Below are positions 7,484 to 16,291 of a DNA stretch of 34,924 nt, in pieces; position 1 is the first letter of the stretch; each line of letters starts with the position of its first letter. Position numbers and translations under genes: made by a program. The stretch is taken from assembly GCA_046594705.1 (NCBI GenBank), contig JBKJRJ010000396.1, forward strand, positions 1 through 34,924, in the 5' to 3' direction. This DNA is from Vicinamibacterales bacterium. Its GTDB lineage: Bacteria; Acidobacteriota; Vicinamibacteria; Vicinamibacterales; 2-12-FULL-66-21. The notes below the pieces were generated by a model. It had not been told where the DNA came from. It worked only from the letters and a program-made list of their open reading frames with translations, and searched no databases.

Positions 7484-8431
7484 TCAGACCAGTTTCGTGA
7501 TCCACAACGGCGAGTCTTTCCTCGGCAGATCGCAGGCCCGGCAGATGTCCGGGCCCCCGCTCTCGAGGTGTTGGCGGCGGACATCCCGGAAGGGCTCGGA
7601 ATTCCAGACCTCGGCGATGGATTGGGAATTGAGATCGCCGAGGATTATTTTTCCGTCGAAATCTGCGCAGCACAACGAGACGCGGCCATCCCACAGCACG
7701 GTGAAGGTCAGCCACGGGCGGTAGCACGGGTAGTTGACGTCGGATTCGTGGTTGAGCGTACCAGCCCAGTTGTGGAGCTCGGTGATATGAATCTTGTCGG
7801 CCACGTTGCGCCAGTGCTCGATGAAGGCCTGCTCATCCGCGGAGTTGTTCTGCCGCACGAACGACAGGATGAGTTTGGGTCGACGCTTGCCGAGCTCGGC
7901 GCGGATGCGAACCAGGCGCTCGATGTTGGCGATCACCTTGTCGTAGTTCAGCCCGATGCGGGTTTCTTCGAAGACTTCCTTGCCGCCGGCGTCGACGCTG
8001 ATGTTGATCGCATCCAGGCCGGCTTCGATGATGCCGCGCGCCACCTTCTCGGTGATCAGCGAGCCGTTGCTGATCAGGCCGACTTCCTTGATGCCTTTGT
8101 CCTTGGCGTAGCGCACTTTCTCGGTGAGGTGGCGATCGAGAAACGCCTCGCCGTAGTTGTGCATGCGCACGTGCGTGATGTTGAGCGCCGCGCACTCGTC
8201 CACGACTTTCCTGAACAGGGCGACGCTCATCACCCCCTGGCGGCGGTGCATGTCGTCGCGCGGGCAGAACACGCACTTCGCGTTGCAGATGTTCGTGCTC
8301 TCGATCTGGACGATCTCGGGGAGGATAGGCGAGCGGTCGCGCCCGGTCGCGAGCAGCAGGTTCCGGATCGGCTTCGCCTGGCTGCGCAGCATCGATTCGG
8401 CGGCCCGGCGCGCGGTGGCTTTGAGCTTCAT
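7484..8431 (-). CDS. radical SAM enzyme with reduced SPASM/twitch-type C-terminal domain (paralogous architecture to 1211..2440)
   Basis: 315 aa. CNAKCVFC is the CxxxCxxC motif. C-x12-G-x4-C is present (CYRPWLTFTVLWDGRVSLCC), followed by CRAC. An ATGA overlap with the upstream SDR gene lies at 8428-8431. Confidence 0.85.
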   Translation of the reverse strand: MKLKATARRAAESMLRSQAKPIRNLLLATGRDRSPILPEIVQIESTNICNAKCVFCPRDDMHRRQGVMSVALFRKVVDECAALNITHVRMHNYGEAFLDRHLTEKVRYAKDKGIKEVGLISNGSLITEKVARGIIEAGLDAINISVDAGGKEVFEETRIGLNYDKVIANIERLVRIRAELGKRRPKLILSFVRQNNSADEQAFIEHWRNVADKIHITELHNWAGTLNHESDVNYPCYRPWLTFTVLWDGRVSLCCADFDGKIILGDLNSQSIAEVWNSEPFRDVRRQHLESGGPDICRACDLPRKDSPLWITKLV

Positions 8432-9390
8432 GCGGTCTGCAACGACGCGATCACCCGCGTCAGGATTTCGTCGAGCTCGACGGTCGGCTCGTAGCCGATC
8501 AGCGCCCGGATCTTGGCGATGTCGGGCACCCGGCGCGGCATGTCCTCGAAACCGGACTCGTAGGCCTGATCGTAGGGGATGGTGACGATTGTCGAGCTGC
8601 TGCCCGTCAGCTGCTTGATCCGCTGGGCCAGGTCGCGAATCGAGATTTCGTGACCGTTGCCGATATTGAAGACCTGGCCGACCGCGCGCGGTTCGTTGAT
8701 CAAGGCGACCACGGCCCTCACCACGTCCCCGACGTAGGTGAAGCTGCGCGACTGGGTGCCGTCCCCGAACACCGTGATCGGCTCGTTGGCGAGGGCCTGC
8801 CGTACGAAGTTCGGGACCACCATGCCGTACTGGCCGGTCTGGCGCGGGCCCACGGTGTTGAACAACCGCACGACGATGACGGGAAGCTTGCGCTCCTTCC
8901 AGTAGGCCAGCGCCAGGAACTCGTCGATCATCTTGCTGCAGGCGTAGGCCCAGCGGTGCTTGGAGGTCGGGCCGAGCACGAGATCGTCGTCCTCGCTGAA
9001 CGGCACCTTCGCGCTCTTGCCGTAGACCTCGGAGGTCGAGGCGATGAGCACCAGCTTTTTCTTCTTGTTGGCGACCTTGAGGACGACTTCGGTGCCGTGC
9101 ACGTTGGTCTCGATGGTGCGGACGGGCGACTCCACGATCAGCTTCACGCCGACCGCCGCCGCGAGGTGCGCGACCGTGTCGCAGCGGTCCACGAGTTCGG
9201 CGAGCAGCGGCTCGTTGGTGACGGTGTCGATGGTGTAATGGAACTTCGGGTTGGTCTTGAGATGCGCGATGTTGTCAATCGAACCCGTGGACAGATCATC
9301 GAGCACGTAGACATCGTCGCCCCGCGCGAGCAGGGCCTCGGCGAGATGCGAACCGACGAAGCCTGCCCCGCCCGTAATCAACACACGCAT
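8428..9390 (-). CDS. NAD-dependent epimerase/dehydratase (extended SDR; UDP-glucuronate decarboxylase/ArnA-C-terminal-like)
   Basis: Start re-called to ATG at 9390, preceded by agaggggg. The product is 320 aa. MRVLITGGAGFVGSHL carries the GxxGxxG motif. ASTSEVYG and YACSK give a canonical T/YxxxK triad. FGDGTQSRSFTYVGDVV resembles UXS-type enzymes. Confidence 0.85.
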   Translation of the reverse strand: MRVLITGGAGFVGSHLAEALLARGDDVYVLDDLSTGSIDNIAHLKTNPKFHYTIDTVTNEPLLAELVDRCDTVAHLAAAVGVKLIVESPVRTIETNVHGTEVVLKVANKKKKLVLIASTSEVYGKSAKVPFSEDDDLVLGPTSKHRWAYACSKMIDEFLALAYWKERKLPVIVVRLFNTVGPRQTGQYGMVVPNFVRQALANEPITVFGDGTQSRSFTYVGDVVRAVVALINEPRAVGQVFNIGNGHEISIRDLAQRIKQLTGSSSTIVTIPYDQAYESGFEDMPRRVPDIAKIRALIGYEPTVELDEILTRVIASLQTA

Positions 9391-9406
9391 CGTGATGGTT
9401 CCCCCT

Positions 9407-11212
9407 CTATCCCGGTCCGGAGCGCGCCAAGCCGAGAATCGCCTCGGCCGATCGGGCCGCAGCCTGCCCGTCATTATGAGCCGGATGCACGGCGCGGCTG
9501 TGGAGACTGCTGCGGAACTCCTGATTATACAGGACGTTGGCGAGGCCACCCCTGATTTCCTCCGGCGCCGGTCCCGCCCCGGCCATCCGCCCGGCCTCCA
9601 CGAAAGGCGTCAGGTTGTTCGGCAGGCCGATGACGAGCGACGGCACGCCGAAGGCCAGGGCGTCAATCGCCACGGTCGAGTTGATGGTGACGATGGCGTC
9701 GGCGGCGGCCAGCAGTGACGGGAGCGGCACATCTGCCGCCACGCGCACATTGCGGACGCCGGCGATGACGCTCGCGTAGACGCCCGGGACCTCGGCGGGA
9801 TGCGGCTTGATGACGAGCTGCACGTCGGGCATGCCGCGGACCGCATCGAGCAGCGCGGGCAGGAACGGCCGCGCCTCGCGCTCCTTCGCAGCCAACAGCA
9901 CGAGCGCACGCGGCGCCGTGGCGTCGTAGGCGGTGCGCACCCTAACCGTGTCCTCGGGCGTGACCGCGCGCATCGCGGCCGAGAGCTCGTCGAGGCGGGC
10001 GCTGCCCGTGACCGCGAGCGTGGACGCAGGATAGCGGCCCTTCGACAGGAGATGCTGCGCGGCGTGCTCGTCGAACAGCAGCGTCGCGGAAGGGCATGGG
10101 AAGCCGCGGTCGGATGGATTCGCGGGATCCGCGATCATTTCGTCGGCCTCGTGCCGGTAGTTGAGCCAGTGCCGGTAGATGAACCCATGCTGCAGGCCGG
10201 CGAGCGGCACGCCGCGCCGCCGGCACTCGAGCGCGAGCGCGCGACCCCATCCCCCCGCTTCCGCGTAGGTCACCGCCACCTCCGGCGCGAGGGCGTCGAG
10301 CGCCGCGGCGGCCTGGTCCATCGATCGGGCCGACCAGGGGAATTGCAGCAGCGCGATGCCGGCCAGCTGCTGGCGGACCAGCGGCCAGCAGTCGCAGCCG
10401 CGGATCACCGCGTGCGCGCGCAGCGCCGCGCTCTGCCACATGCCGCGGCGCGCGCGGTGCCGATCGCGGTAGACGGCGCGCGACCCGGCGAGCGCGGCCG
10501 CCGGCGCATAACGTTCGATCGGCACGATGGTGGTCCCGTCGCGCGCGACGATCGGATCCCACCAGCGGCGGGCGCGGAAGTTGCTGCGCGCGCCGATGCC
10601 GACATACCGCATGGCCGCCGCCGTCGCGCGGGTCTCGAGCGCGCGGAGCACGGGACCGATGTACGACTCGGCGCCGCCATCGGCGCCGTCGGCGCGCCAG
10701 AACGCGGTGTGCACGAACGCCGCGATTCGTCCCGGCCGCGCCGCCGCCGGGGCCGCGCGCAGCGTCGACAGCCGCGCCCCCACGGCGAGTGCCGTCGCCC
10801 GCGCCTCCATCCGCAGTAACGCGAGGCGCGGTGTGGCGGGCCAGCCGGGGCCGCTGTAGCGCACCTTGCGAGCGGCGGCCGCCTGGGCGACTACCCCGGG
10901 ATTGCTGCCGTCGACGTATCGAATCGTCAGCGGCCGTTCGCGTTCGACCAGCGCGTCGAAGGCGGCGATGGTGCGCAGGGCCTCGAGGATCACCCGCTCC
11001 TTGTGCAGATAGAGCTCGGCGAACCACCAGAGCGAGTCACCCCGGAAGGTGAAGCGGCGACGGAATGGGACGCCGTCCACCTCGAGGTGCCGCACCGCCT
11101 TGATCCACGCGTAGGCCTCGTCGTGCGCCTGTTCCTCGTGCTGGGGGTCGAGGTACGACCGCAGTGCCACCCGCCTCGGTCCTGAGCCCGAGTCGATGTC
11201 GAGCGTGATCAT
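9407..11212 (-). CDS. hypothetical protein with a C-terminal GT-B-like (TagF/KpsS-type) half; family unresolved
   Basis: Start re-called to ATG at 11212, in an ATGA overlap with the GT9 stop. The product is 601 aa starting MITLDIDSGSGPRR. The N-terminal part of the 757-aa track ORF is R/G/P-rich and overlaps the real GT9 frame. The C-terminal half has VQLVIKPHPAE...VTINSTVAIDALAFGVPSLVIG, reminiscent of the KxHP and nucleotide-sugar-binding region of TagF/capsule-type transferases. Confidence 0.55.
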   Translation of the reverse strand: MITLDIDSGSGPRRVALRSYLDPQHEEQAHDEAYAWIKAVRHLEVDGVPFRRRFTFRGDSLWWFAELYLHKERVILEALRTIAAFDALVERERPLTIRYVDGSNPGVVAQAAAARKVRYSGPGWPATPRLALLRMEARATALAVGARLSTLRAAPAAARPGRIAAFVHTAFWRADGADGGAESYIGPVLRALETRATAAAMRYVGIGARSNFRARRWWDPIVARDGTTIVPIERYAPAAALAGSRAVYRDRHRARRGMWQSAALRAHAVIRGCDCWPLVRQQLAGIALLQFPWSARSMDQAAAALDALAPEVAVTYAEAGGWGRALALECRRRGVPLAGLQHGFIYRHWLNYRHEADEMIADPANPSDRGFPCPSATLLFDEHAAQHLLSKGRYPASTLAVTGSARLDELSAAMRAVTPEDTVRVRTAYDATAPRALVLLAAKEREARPFLPALLDAVRGMPDVQLVIKPHPAEVPGVYASVIAGVRNVRVAADVPLPSLLAAADAIVTINSTVAIDALAFGVPSLVIGLPNNLTPFVEAGRMAGAGPAPEEIRGGLANVLYNQEFRSSLHSRAVHPAHNDGQAAARSAEAILGLARSGPG

Positions 11213-12378
11213 CGCGCCGCCCCGCCGCCGAGCGTCTCGTCGATCGCCGCGAGCACGTCGGCCGGGCTGATGCCCGACAGGCAATCCGGGGTGTGACCGA
11301 TGCAACGGGCCGGGGGCTGCCGGATGCGGTTGCACGGGCTGCACGGCAGATCGATGCGGACCACGACGTCGCGGGTGCCTTGCGGCGCATAGCGCCGCGG
11401 ATCGGACGGGCCGAACACCGCGACGACCGGCGTGCCGACCGCGTTCGCCAGGTGCATCGGCCCGGTGTCGCCGGTCACCAACAGGTCCAGCTGGGCGATC
11501 ACCGCGGCGGCCCGCAGGAGACCCGGGTCGCCGGAGAGATCCAGCACACGGTCTGGCGGCAGCGCCGCCAGGACGATCTCCACCTGCGCGCGATCGGCGG
11601 GCGTTCCGGTCAGCACGACCGCCGCCGATCGGTCGCGCACGAGGCACTCGGCGACCTCGCGGAAGCTGGTCTCGGGCCACTGCTTGATCGCGCGTCCGCC
11701 GCTGACGTGCATCCCCACTGTCAACCCGCCCGCGAAGCGCGCCAGCAGGCTGGTGGCATCGGCCCGGGCCTCCTCGGGTATCCGCAGCGCCCAGCGGGCG
11801 GGGGCCTCCGGCGCGCCTCCCATGGCGGCCTGCACCAGCCGCCTGGCGTTGTCGATGGTGTGCGCCGTCACGTCGTAGTCGAGCGCGAGGTCGAGCAGCG
11901 CGCCGCCGCCCCCGCTGGCGAAGCCTGCCGTGCGCCGCGCGCCGGCCGCCGCCATCGCGATGTTGGTCCTGATGTCTGGCTCGAAATTGATCGCCAGGTC
12001 GTAGCGGCGCGACCGCCAGCGCGCCGCCCGGCGCGCCAGCCCAAGCGGACTGAGACCCGCGCCGCCGCGGGCGAGCCAGTCCGCGTCCAGGATCTCGATG
12101 CCGTCCACCTCGGGGATGGCCGCCGCGATCTCGCGGTTCCAGCTGCCGACCGCCAGATCAATCGACGCCTCCGGGGCCAGCGCGCGCAACGCTGCCAGCG
12201 CCGGACCGGTCATCAGCAGGTCACCGATCCGCTCGAGGCGGAAACAGAGAATCCGTCGCGGCGGCGGGTGACCGGCCGCCGCGAACACCCGCCGCAGCGA
12301 CAGCGGCGCCAGCAGGATGTCCGCCGCGGTCACCAGCGCGCGCTCTCGCGGGTGTTCGATGTTCAGGCGTGCCGTCAT
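11209..12378 (-). CDS. GT9 family glycosyltransferase (heptosyltransferase-like)
   Basis: Start re-called to ATG at 12378, in an ATGA overlap with the upstream stop. The product is 389 aa. ILCFRLERIGDLLMTGPALAALR and LLVTGDTGPMHLANAVGTPVVAVFGPSDP are hallmark GT9 motifs. Confidence 0.8.
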   Translation of the reverse strand: MTARLNIEHPRERALVTAADILLAPLSLRRVFAAAGHPPPRRILCFRLERIGDLLMTGPALAALRALAPEASIDLAVGSWNREIAAAIPEVDGIEILDADWLARGGAGLSPLGLARRAARWRSRRYDLAINFEPDIRTNIAMAAAGARRTAGFASGGGGALLDLALDYDVTAHTIDNARRLVQAAMGGAPEAPARWALRIPEEARADATSLLARFAGGLTVGMHVSGGRAIKQWPETSFREVAECLVRDRSAAVVLTGTPADRAQVEIVLAALPPDRVLDLSGDPGLLRAAAVIAQLDLLVTGDTGPMHLANAVGTPVVAVFGPSDPRRYAPQGTRDVVVRIDLPCSPCNRIRQPPARCIGHTPDCLSGISPADVLAAIDETLGGGAAR

Positions 12379-14861
12379 CGCACCGCCACGCGATCCACCA
12401 TCACGCCGAGGTCCCGATCGTCGGAGGTGCCCAGCATCACCTGCGGGTTCCACGTCGATGTCCGCAGCGTCATGCGGACGGGTTCGCCCGCGGCGGCCGC
12501 GGCGGCTGCGAGGTCCGCGGGAATCGGCACGACATACTCGTTGAAGCCGGACGTCACACGCACGGTCGCCAGGATGCGGTCGCCGATGAGGACTGTGACG
12601 TCCGCCGCCGGTGCGGCCGAGGGACGGCCGCCGTCGTTCATCCAGATCGACAGCGAGCGGGAGCTGTCGCGCAGGCCATCGACCAGCACGAACGACTGCC
12701 GCTGCGACCACCGGAAAGTGCGCCCTCCGCTCGATTCCTTGGCATGGAAGCGGACGACGTTCAGGTCGTCGTTGATGCCGACGTCGAGATCGCCGGCGTC
12801 CCGGCGCGCGGCCGGCGGCCCGAACGCGTAGACGCTGTAATCGAATTCCTTTTGCCTGACGTAGCGGGGAAATGCGTTCCGCGCGGATTCATACTCCGGC
12901 ACCTGGAACCGATCGCTCGAGACCGGTGCGACACTCCAGCGAGACGACAGCAGGTCCGTGCCGCCGCCGCCGAGGAACAGCACCCGGCGGTAGTGGGCCC
13001 GCGCCTGATCCAGGAACGCCGCGAACATCACCTTGTCGGGCGCCGCATTCGACAGGACCAGCACGGCCCTGGCGTAGGTGTAGGCCAGCGGCAGCGCGAG
13101 CACGTGAACGTCGGAGCCCGCGTCCTTCGACTCGACGATCAGCAGGTCGTCGTCTCCCAGCTGCGCGGCGAGCGCCTCGAGCCGCGGGATGATGCCCGCG
13201 TATTCAACGTGCTCCACCACCGGGCGCGCGGCGCGCGCGTACTGGGTGGCGAGCAGCGCCAGGAAGACGACCCCGATCGGGCCCCGGATGGCCCGCGTGA
13301 ACAGCGACCGGCCGCGCACGCCGGTCAGCGCGGCCGCCGCGACCAGCAGCAGGCCGCCCGGCAGGATCATCGGCAGGAAGCGCCGCGACGCCCAGAAGTG
13401 CTCGGGGACAATGCGGATCTTGTAGAAGAAGAACAGCGAGAAGGCCGTCAGCGTGATGATGAACGCCGGATCGCGCCAGAACAACCTGCGCACGATCAGC
13501 ACGTAGCCCACCAGCGCGGCGATTAAGGCCGCTACGGTGAAGTAATACTGGCCGAAGGTGCGCAGCGCGAACGCATCGTAGTCCGTGAGCTTGCCGCCCG
13601 GCTGCCTGGCGGTGAGCGCGTAGAGGGCGAGCGCCACGACGACGACGCTGAGCACGGTGGGAAACAGCGCGACGATGCGCCCCGACCGGGCCGGCGAGCG
13701 GCGGCCGATCGCCAGCAGCGCCAGCAGTCCCGCGCCGCCCGCGCCGAGCGCGACGTACTGCCACCACGGCAGGTTGGCGATGAAGACGCGCGGCAGCTCG
13801 AAGTACTCACGCATGGGTCCCATCAGGTAGCCGAGGCACAGCGCGCATCCGGTCGCCAGCGGCACCCAGAACGTCCAGCGCACCCGATGGCCCGCCACCA
13901 ATCCGAGCGCAAGCGCCGCAATCACCGAGCCGACCGCGAGGACCGCGTCGAAGCGCAGAAAGAGCAGCAGTACCAGCAGCGTGCCGGCAACCGGCGCGAA
14001 GAACGGGTCGTCGTCAACGTGGGCCCGGGCGTTCGCGAGCAGCGCGCCGAACAGCATCGCCTGCATGACGATGTCGGCGTTCGGGTAGCGTGACCACCAG
14101 ACTTGGACAACGTTCAGCGCGAGGAGGGCGGCGGCCGCCGCCGCGGCCGGTCGGCCCAGCAGCCGGGCGCCGAGAAAATACACCGACAGCAGCCCCAGCA
14201 CACCCCAGAAGCCGAACACCCAGCGCGCGCCAGTGAGTCCGCGCAGGCCGTAGCCGATCGCGATCGACGCCGGGTAGACGTGCGGGAACTGGCTGACCAC
14301 CGCGCCGCTGTCGGGGTCGAGGATGTAGAAACCCATGAAGCGCGGCGCGACGTAGCGGGTGCGGTTCTTGTCACGTGGAAAGAACAGGTCACGCGCAAAA
14401 GCCGGGACCGCCGCGACCACCGGATCGTGGACGACGAGCGCGCCGCGCTGCGCGATCTGGATCCCTGAGTTGACGTAGACGCCGGGGTCTTTGCCGCCGA
14501 TGATGTATTCCGACGGCGGTACGAATCGCCACGCGCCCAGCAGCGCCAGGGCCAGCGGCAGGCAGAGGGCGAGGCCCGGACGTGGCGCCGTCGGGCCCAG
14601 CCGCAGATCGAAGCGAGCGAGCACCAGCAGCGCGCCCGCGATCAGCAGGTCGGCGATGACCAGACGCGTGAAGCTGTAGCGATGGAGCGCCGCGAGAGCC
14701 AGCACCAGCGAGAGCGAGATAGCCAGGCTGAGCACGACCGTCCAATAGGCCCGCTCCTCGGCGGGCAGGGCGGCGCGCCGCGCCCGGTCCGCGAAGGGTA
14801 TCCGGAAGAGCACCGCCCCGGGCAGCCAGGCGACGGCGAGAAGTTGGAGCAGCGCAATCAT
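12375..14861 (-). CDS. large polytopic membrane protein, GT-C-like putative glycosyltransferase/polymerase with a C-terminal soluble beta-rich domain
   Basis: 828 aa. More than 12 hydrophobic spans. The first large loop carries GGKDPGVYVNSG. A C-terminal domain of about 270 aa contains FRWSQRQSFVLV...DDRDLGVMVDRVAV. A TGATG 1-nt overlap links it to the MBOAT gene. Confidence 0.6.
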   Translation of the reverse strand: MIALLQLLAVAWLPGAVLFRIPFADRARRAALPAEERAYWTVVLSLAISLSLVLALAALHRYSFTRLVIADLLIAGALLVLARFDLRLGPTAPRPGLALCLPLALALLGAWRFVPPSEYIIGGKDPGVYVNSGIQIAQRGALVVHDPVVAAVPAFARDLFFPRDKNRTRYVAPRFMGFYILDPDSGAVVSQFPHVYPASIAIGYGLRGLTGARWVFGFWGVLGLLSVYFLGARLLGRPAAAAAAALLALNVVQVWWSRYPNADIVMQAMLFGALLANARAHVDDDPFFAPVAGTLLVLLLFLRFDAVLAVGSVIAALALGLVAGHRVRWTFWVPLATGCALCLGYLMGPMREYFELPRVFIANLPWWQYVALGAGGAGLLALLAIGRRSPARSGRIVALFPTVLSVVVVALALYALTARQPGGKLTDYDAFALRTFGQYYFTVAALIAALVGYVLIVRRLFWRDPAFIITLTAFSLFFFYKIRIVPEHFWASRRFLPMILPGGLLLVAAAALTGVRGRSLFTRAIRGPIGVVFLALLATQYARAARPVVEHVEYAGIIPRLEALAAQLGDDDLLIVESKDAGSDVHVLALPLAYTYARAVLVLSNAAPDKVMFAAFLDQARAHYRRVLFLGGGGTDLLSSRWSVAPVSSDRFQVPEYESARNAFPRYVRQKEFDYSVYAFGPPAARRDAGDLDVGINDDLNVVRFHAKESSGGRTFRWSQRQSFVLVDGLRDSSRSLSIWMNDGGRPSAAPAADVTVLIGDRILATVRVTSGFNEYVVPIPADLAAAAAAAGEPVRMTLRTSTWNPQVMLGTSDDRDLGVMVDRVAVR

Positions 14862-16288
14862 CAGAACTGGAAATAGATGAAGTCGGAGCCGCCGAAGTTT
14901 CCAAACAGCAGGATCAGGTAGAGCGTCGCGACATAGATCGCATAGCGCGGGCCGACACGCAACCTCGGCACGATCAGCACATCATCCGCCCGCGCTTCGA
15001 GGAGGTGCACGGCCAGCAGCGGCGTGGTGTAGAGCAGCAACGGTAGCAGGATTCCCGCGACCTCGATGCTCGAGGGGGCGAACCCGCTCACCAGGCTGCT
15101 GGAGAGGCCCCACAGCGTCCCCAGCGATGGCGCCCGGAAGATCAGCCATCCGTAGCAGGTCAGGTGAAACATCACCAGCCATGCCGCGAAGCGGCTGGCG
15201 CGCCGCCACGGCGCCAAGTCGGGCGTCAACCGCCGGTAGAGGATCAGCAGCAGGCCCTGATAGAGCCCCCAGAGGATGAAGGTCCAGGCCGCGCCGTGCC
15301 ACAGCCCGCCGAGCAGCATCGTGATAAGCAGGTTGCGCCGGGTCTGTGACGCCGTGCCGCGGCTGCCGCCGAGCGGCTTATACAGGTAATCGCGCAGCCA
15401 GGTCGAGAGGCTGATGTGCCAGTGGCGCCAGAACGCCTGCGGCGTGAGCACCAGGTAGGGGAACCGGAAGTTCTCGATCAGCTCGATCCCCATCAGCTTA
15501 GACGTGCCGCGCGCGATGTTGGAGTAGCCGGCGAAGTCGCCGTAGATCTGGAACGCGAAAGCGTAGGTGGCGAGCAGGACGTTCACGCCGGTCGGATGCG
15601 CATCGCTGGCGAACACGTGCGACACGATCGGCGCCAGGTTGTCCGCGACGAAGATTTTCTGGAACAACCCCCAGGTGACGAGCCACGCGCCCTCTCGCAT
15701 CTGCGTCGCCGTGACCCGGCGGGGCATCGCGATCTGGGGCAGCAGCGCCGTGGCGCGCAGGATCGGTCCGGCGACCAGGTGCGGGAAGTACGCCACGAAC
15801 ACCGCGAAGTCCACCAGGTTGCGGGTCGGCTCGATCTCGCGCCGGTAGACATCGATGACGTAGCTCATCGTGACGAAAGTGTAAAACGAGATCCCGATCG
15901 GCAGCAGCACGCGAAGGGTGACGACGTCGAGCTGCCAGCCGAGCGCGCCGAACAGCGCGTGCAGGTTGTCGGCAAAAAAATTGAAATATTTGAAGAAGCC
16001 GAGCAGCGCCAGGTTGAACCCGATGCTCAGCCCCATCACCAGTCGGCGGCGGCGTCCGTCCGTCATTCGCCCCAGCACGATGCCGCACGAGTAGTCGACC
16101 AGGGTGGACGCCGCCAGCAGGGCGACAAAACGATAGTCCCAGGCGGCGTAGAAGTAATAGCTGGCGATGAGGAGCAGCCAGTTCTGGCTGCGGTGGGCCG
16201 GCCCGGCCGGCAGCAGCGACGGTAGCAGCCGGTAGAGCGCGTAGACGACGATGAAGAACCACGTGAAGTGCAGGGAGTTGAAGACCAA
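14861..16288 (-). CDS. MBOAT family O-acyltransferase (AlgI/DltB/PatA-like)
   Basis: 475 aa. The N-terminus (M)VFNSLHF resembles the AlgI N-terminus. The conserved His block is LLGGLWHGAAWTFILWG. The first codon is TTG (16288-16286), 3 nt after the upstream stop. Confidence 0.85.
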   Translation of the reverse strand: MVFNSLHFTWFFIVVYALYRLLPSLLPAGPAHRSQNWLLLIASYYFYAAWDYRFVALLAASTLVDYSCGIVLGRMTDGRRRRLVMGLSIGFNLALLGFFKYFNFFADNLHALFGALGWQLDVVTLRVLLPIGISFYTFVTMSYVIDVYRREIEPTRNLVDFAVFVAYFPHLVAGPILRATALLPQIAMPRRVTATQMREGAWLVTWGLFQKIFVADNLAPIVSHVFASDAHPTGVNVLLATYAFAFQIYGDFAGYSNIARGTSKLMGIELIENFRFPYLVLTPQAFWRHWHISLSTWLRDYLYKPLGGSRGTASQTRRNLLITMLLGGLWHGAAWTFILWGLYQGLLLILYRRLTPDLAPWRRASRFAAWLVMFHLTCYGWLIFRAPSLGTLWGLSSSLVSGFAPSSIEVAGILLPLLLYTTPLLAVHLLEARADDVLIVPRLRVGPRYAIYVATLYLILLFGNFGGSDFIYFQF

Positions 16289-16291
16289 CGG

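Noticed and set aside
9942-11027. Alternative-frame minus-strand ORFs inside real genes, for example 4260..5819, 3610..4125, 9942..11027, 13204..13767, 15498..16262, 16605..17303, 20553..21356, 22197..22967 and 24362..24970.
   Set aside because: They are on the same strand but out of frame with motif-bearing genes. Their composition is Arg/Pro/Gly-rich and typical of off-frame reading in G+C-rich DNA.
11213-11680. N-terminal extensions of the longest-ORF calls, for example 11213..11680, 12379..12711, 9391..9549, 18483..18752, 23483..23608, 7385..7477 and 32766..33356.
   Set aside because: Each extension overlaps the 3-prime end of the neighbouring real gene, is low-complexity and R-rich, and is made unnecessary by an internal ATG or GTG that forms an ATGA, GTGA or TGATG junction and gives a family-typical N-terminus.
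15974-15980. A7 homopolymer tracts in a G+C-rich genome, here and at 21299..21305 followed by A6 at 21308..21313, as phase-variation switches.
   Set aside because: They encode conserved Phe-rich segments on the minus strand (FFKYFNFF in the MBOAT, VFFHFFHY in the GT4). They are short for slipped-strand switching and the reading frames are intact. The idea would need population data to revive it.
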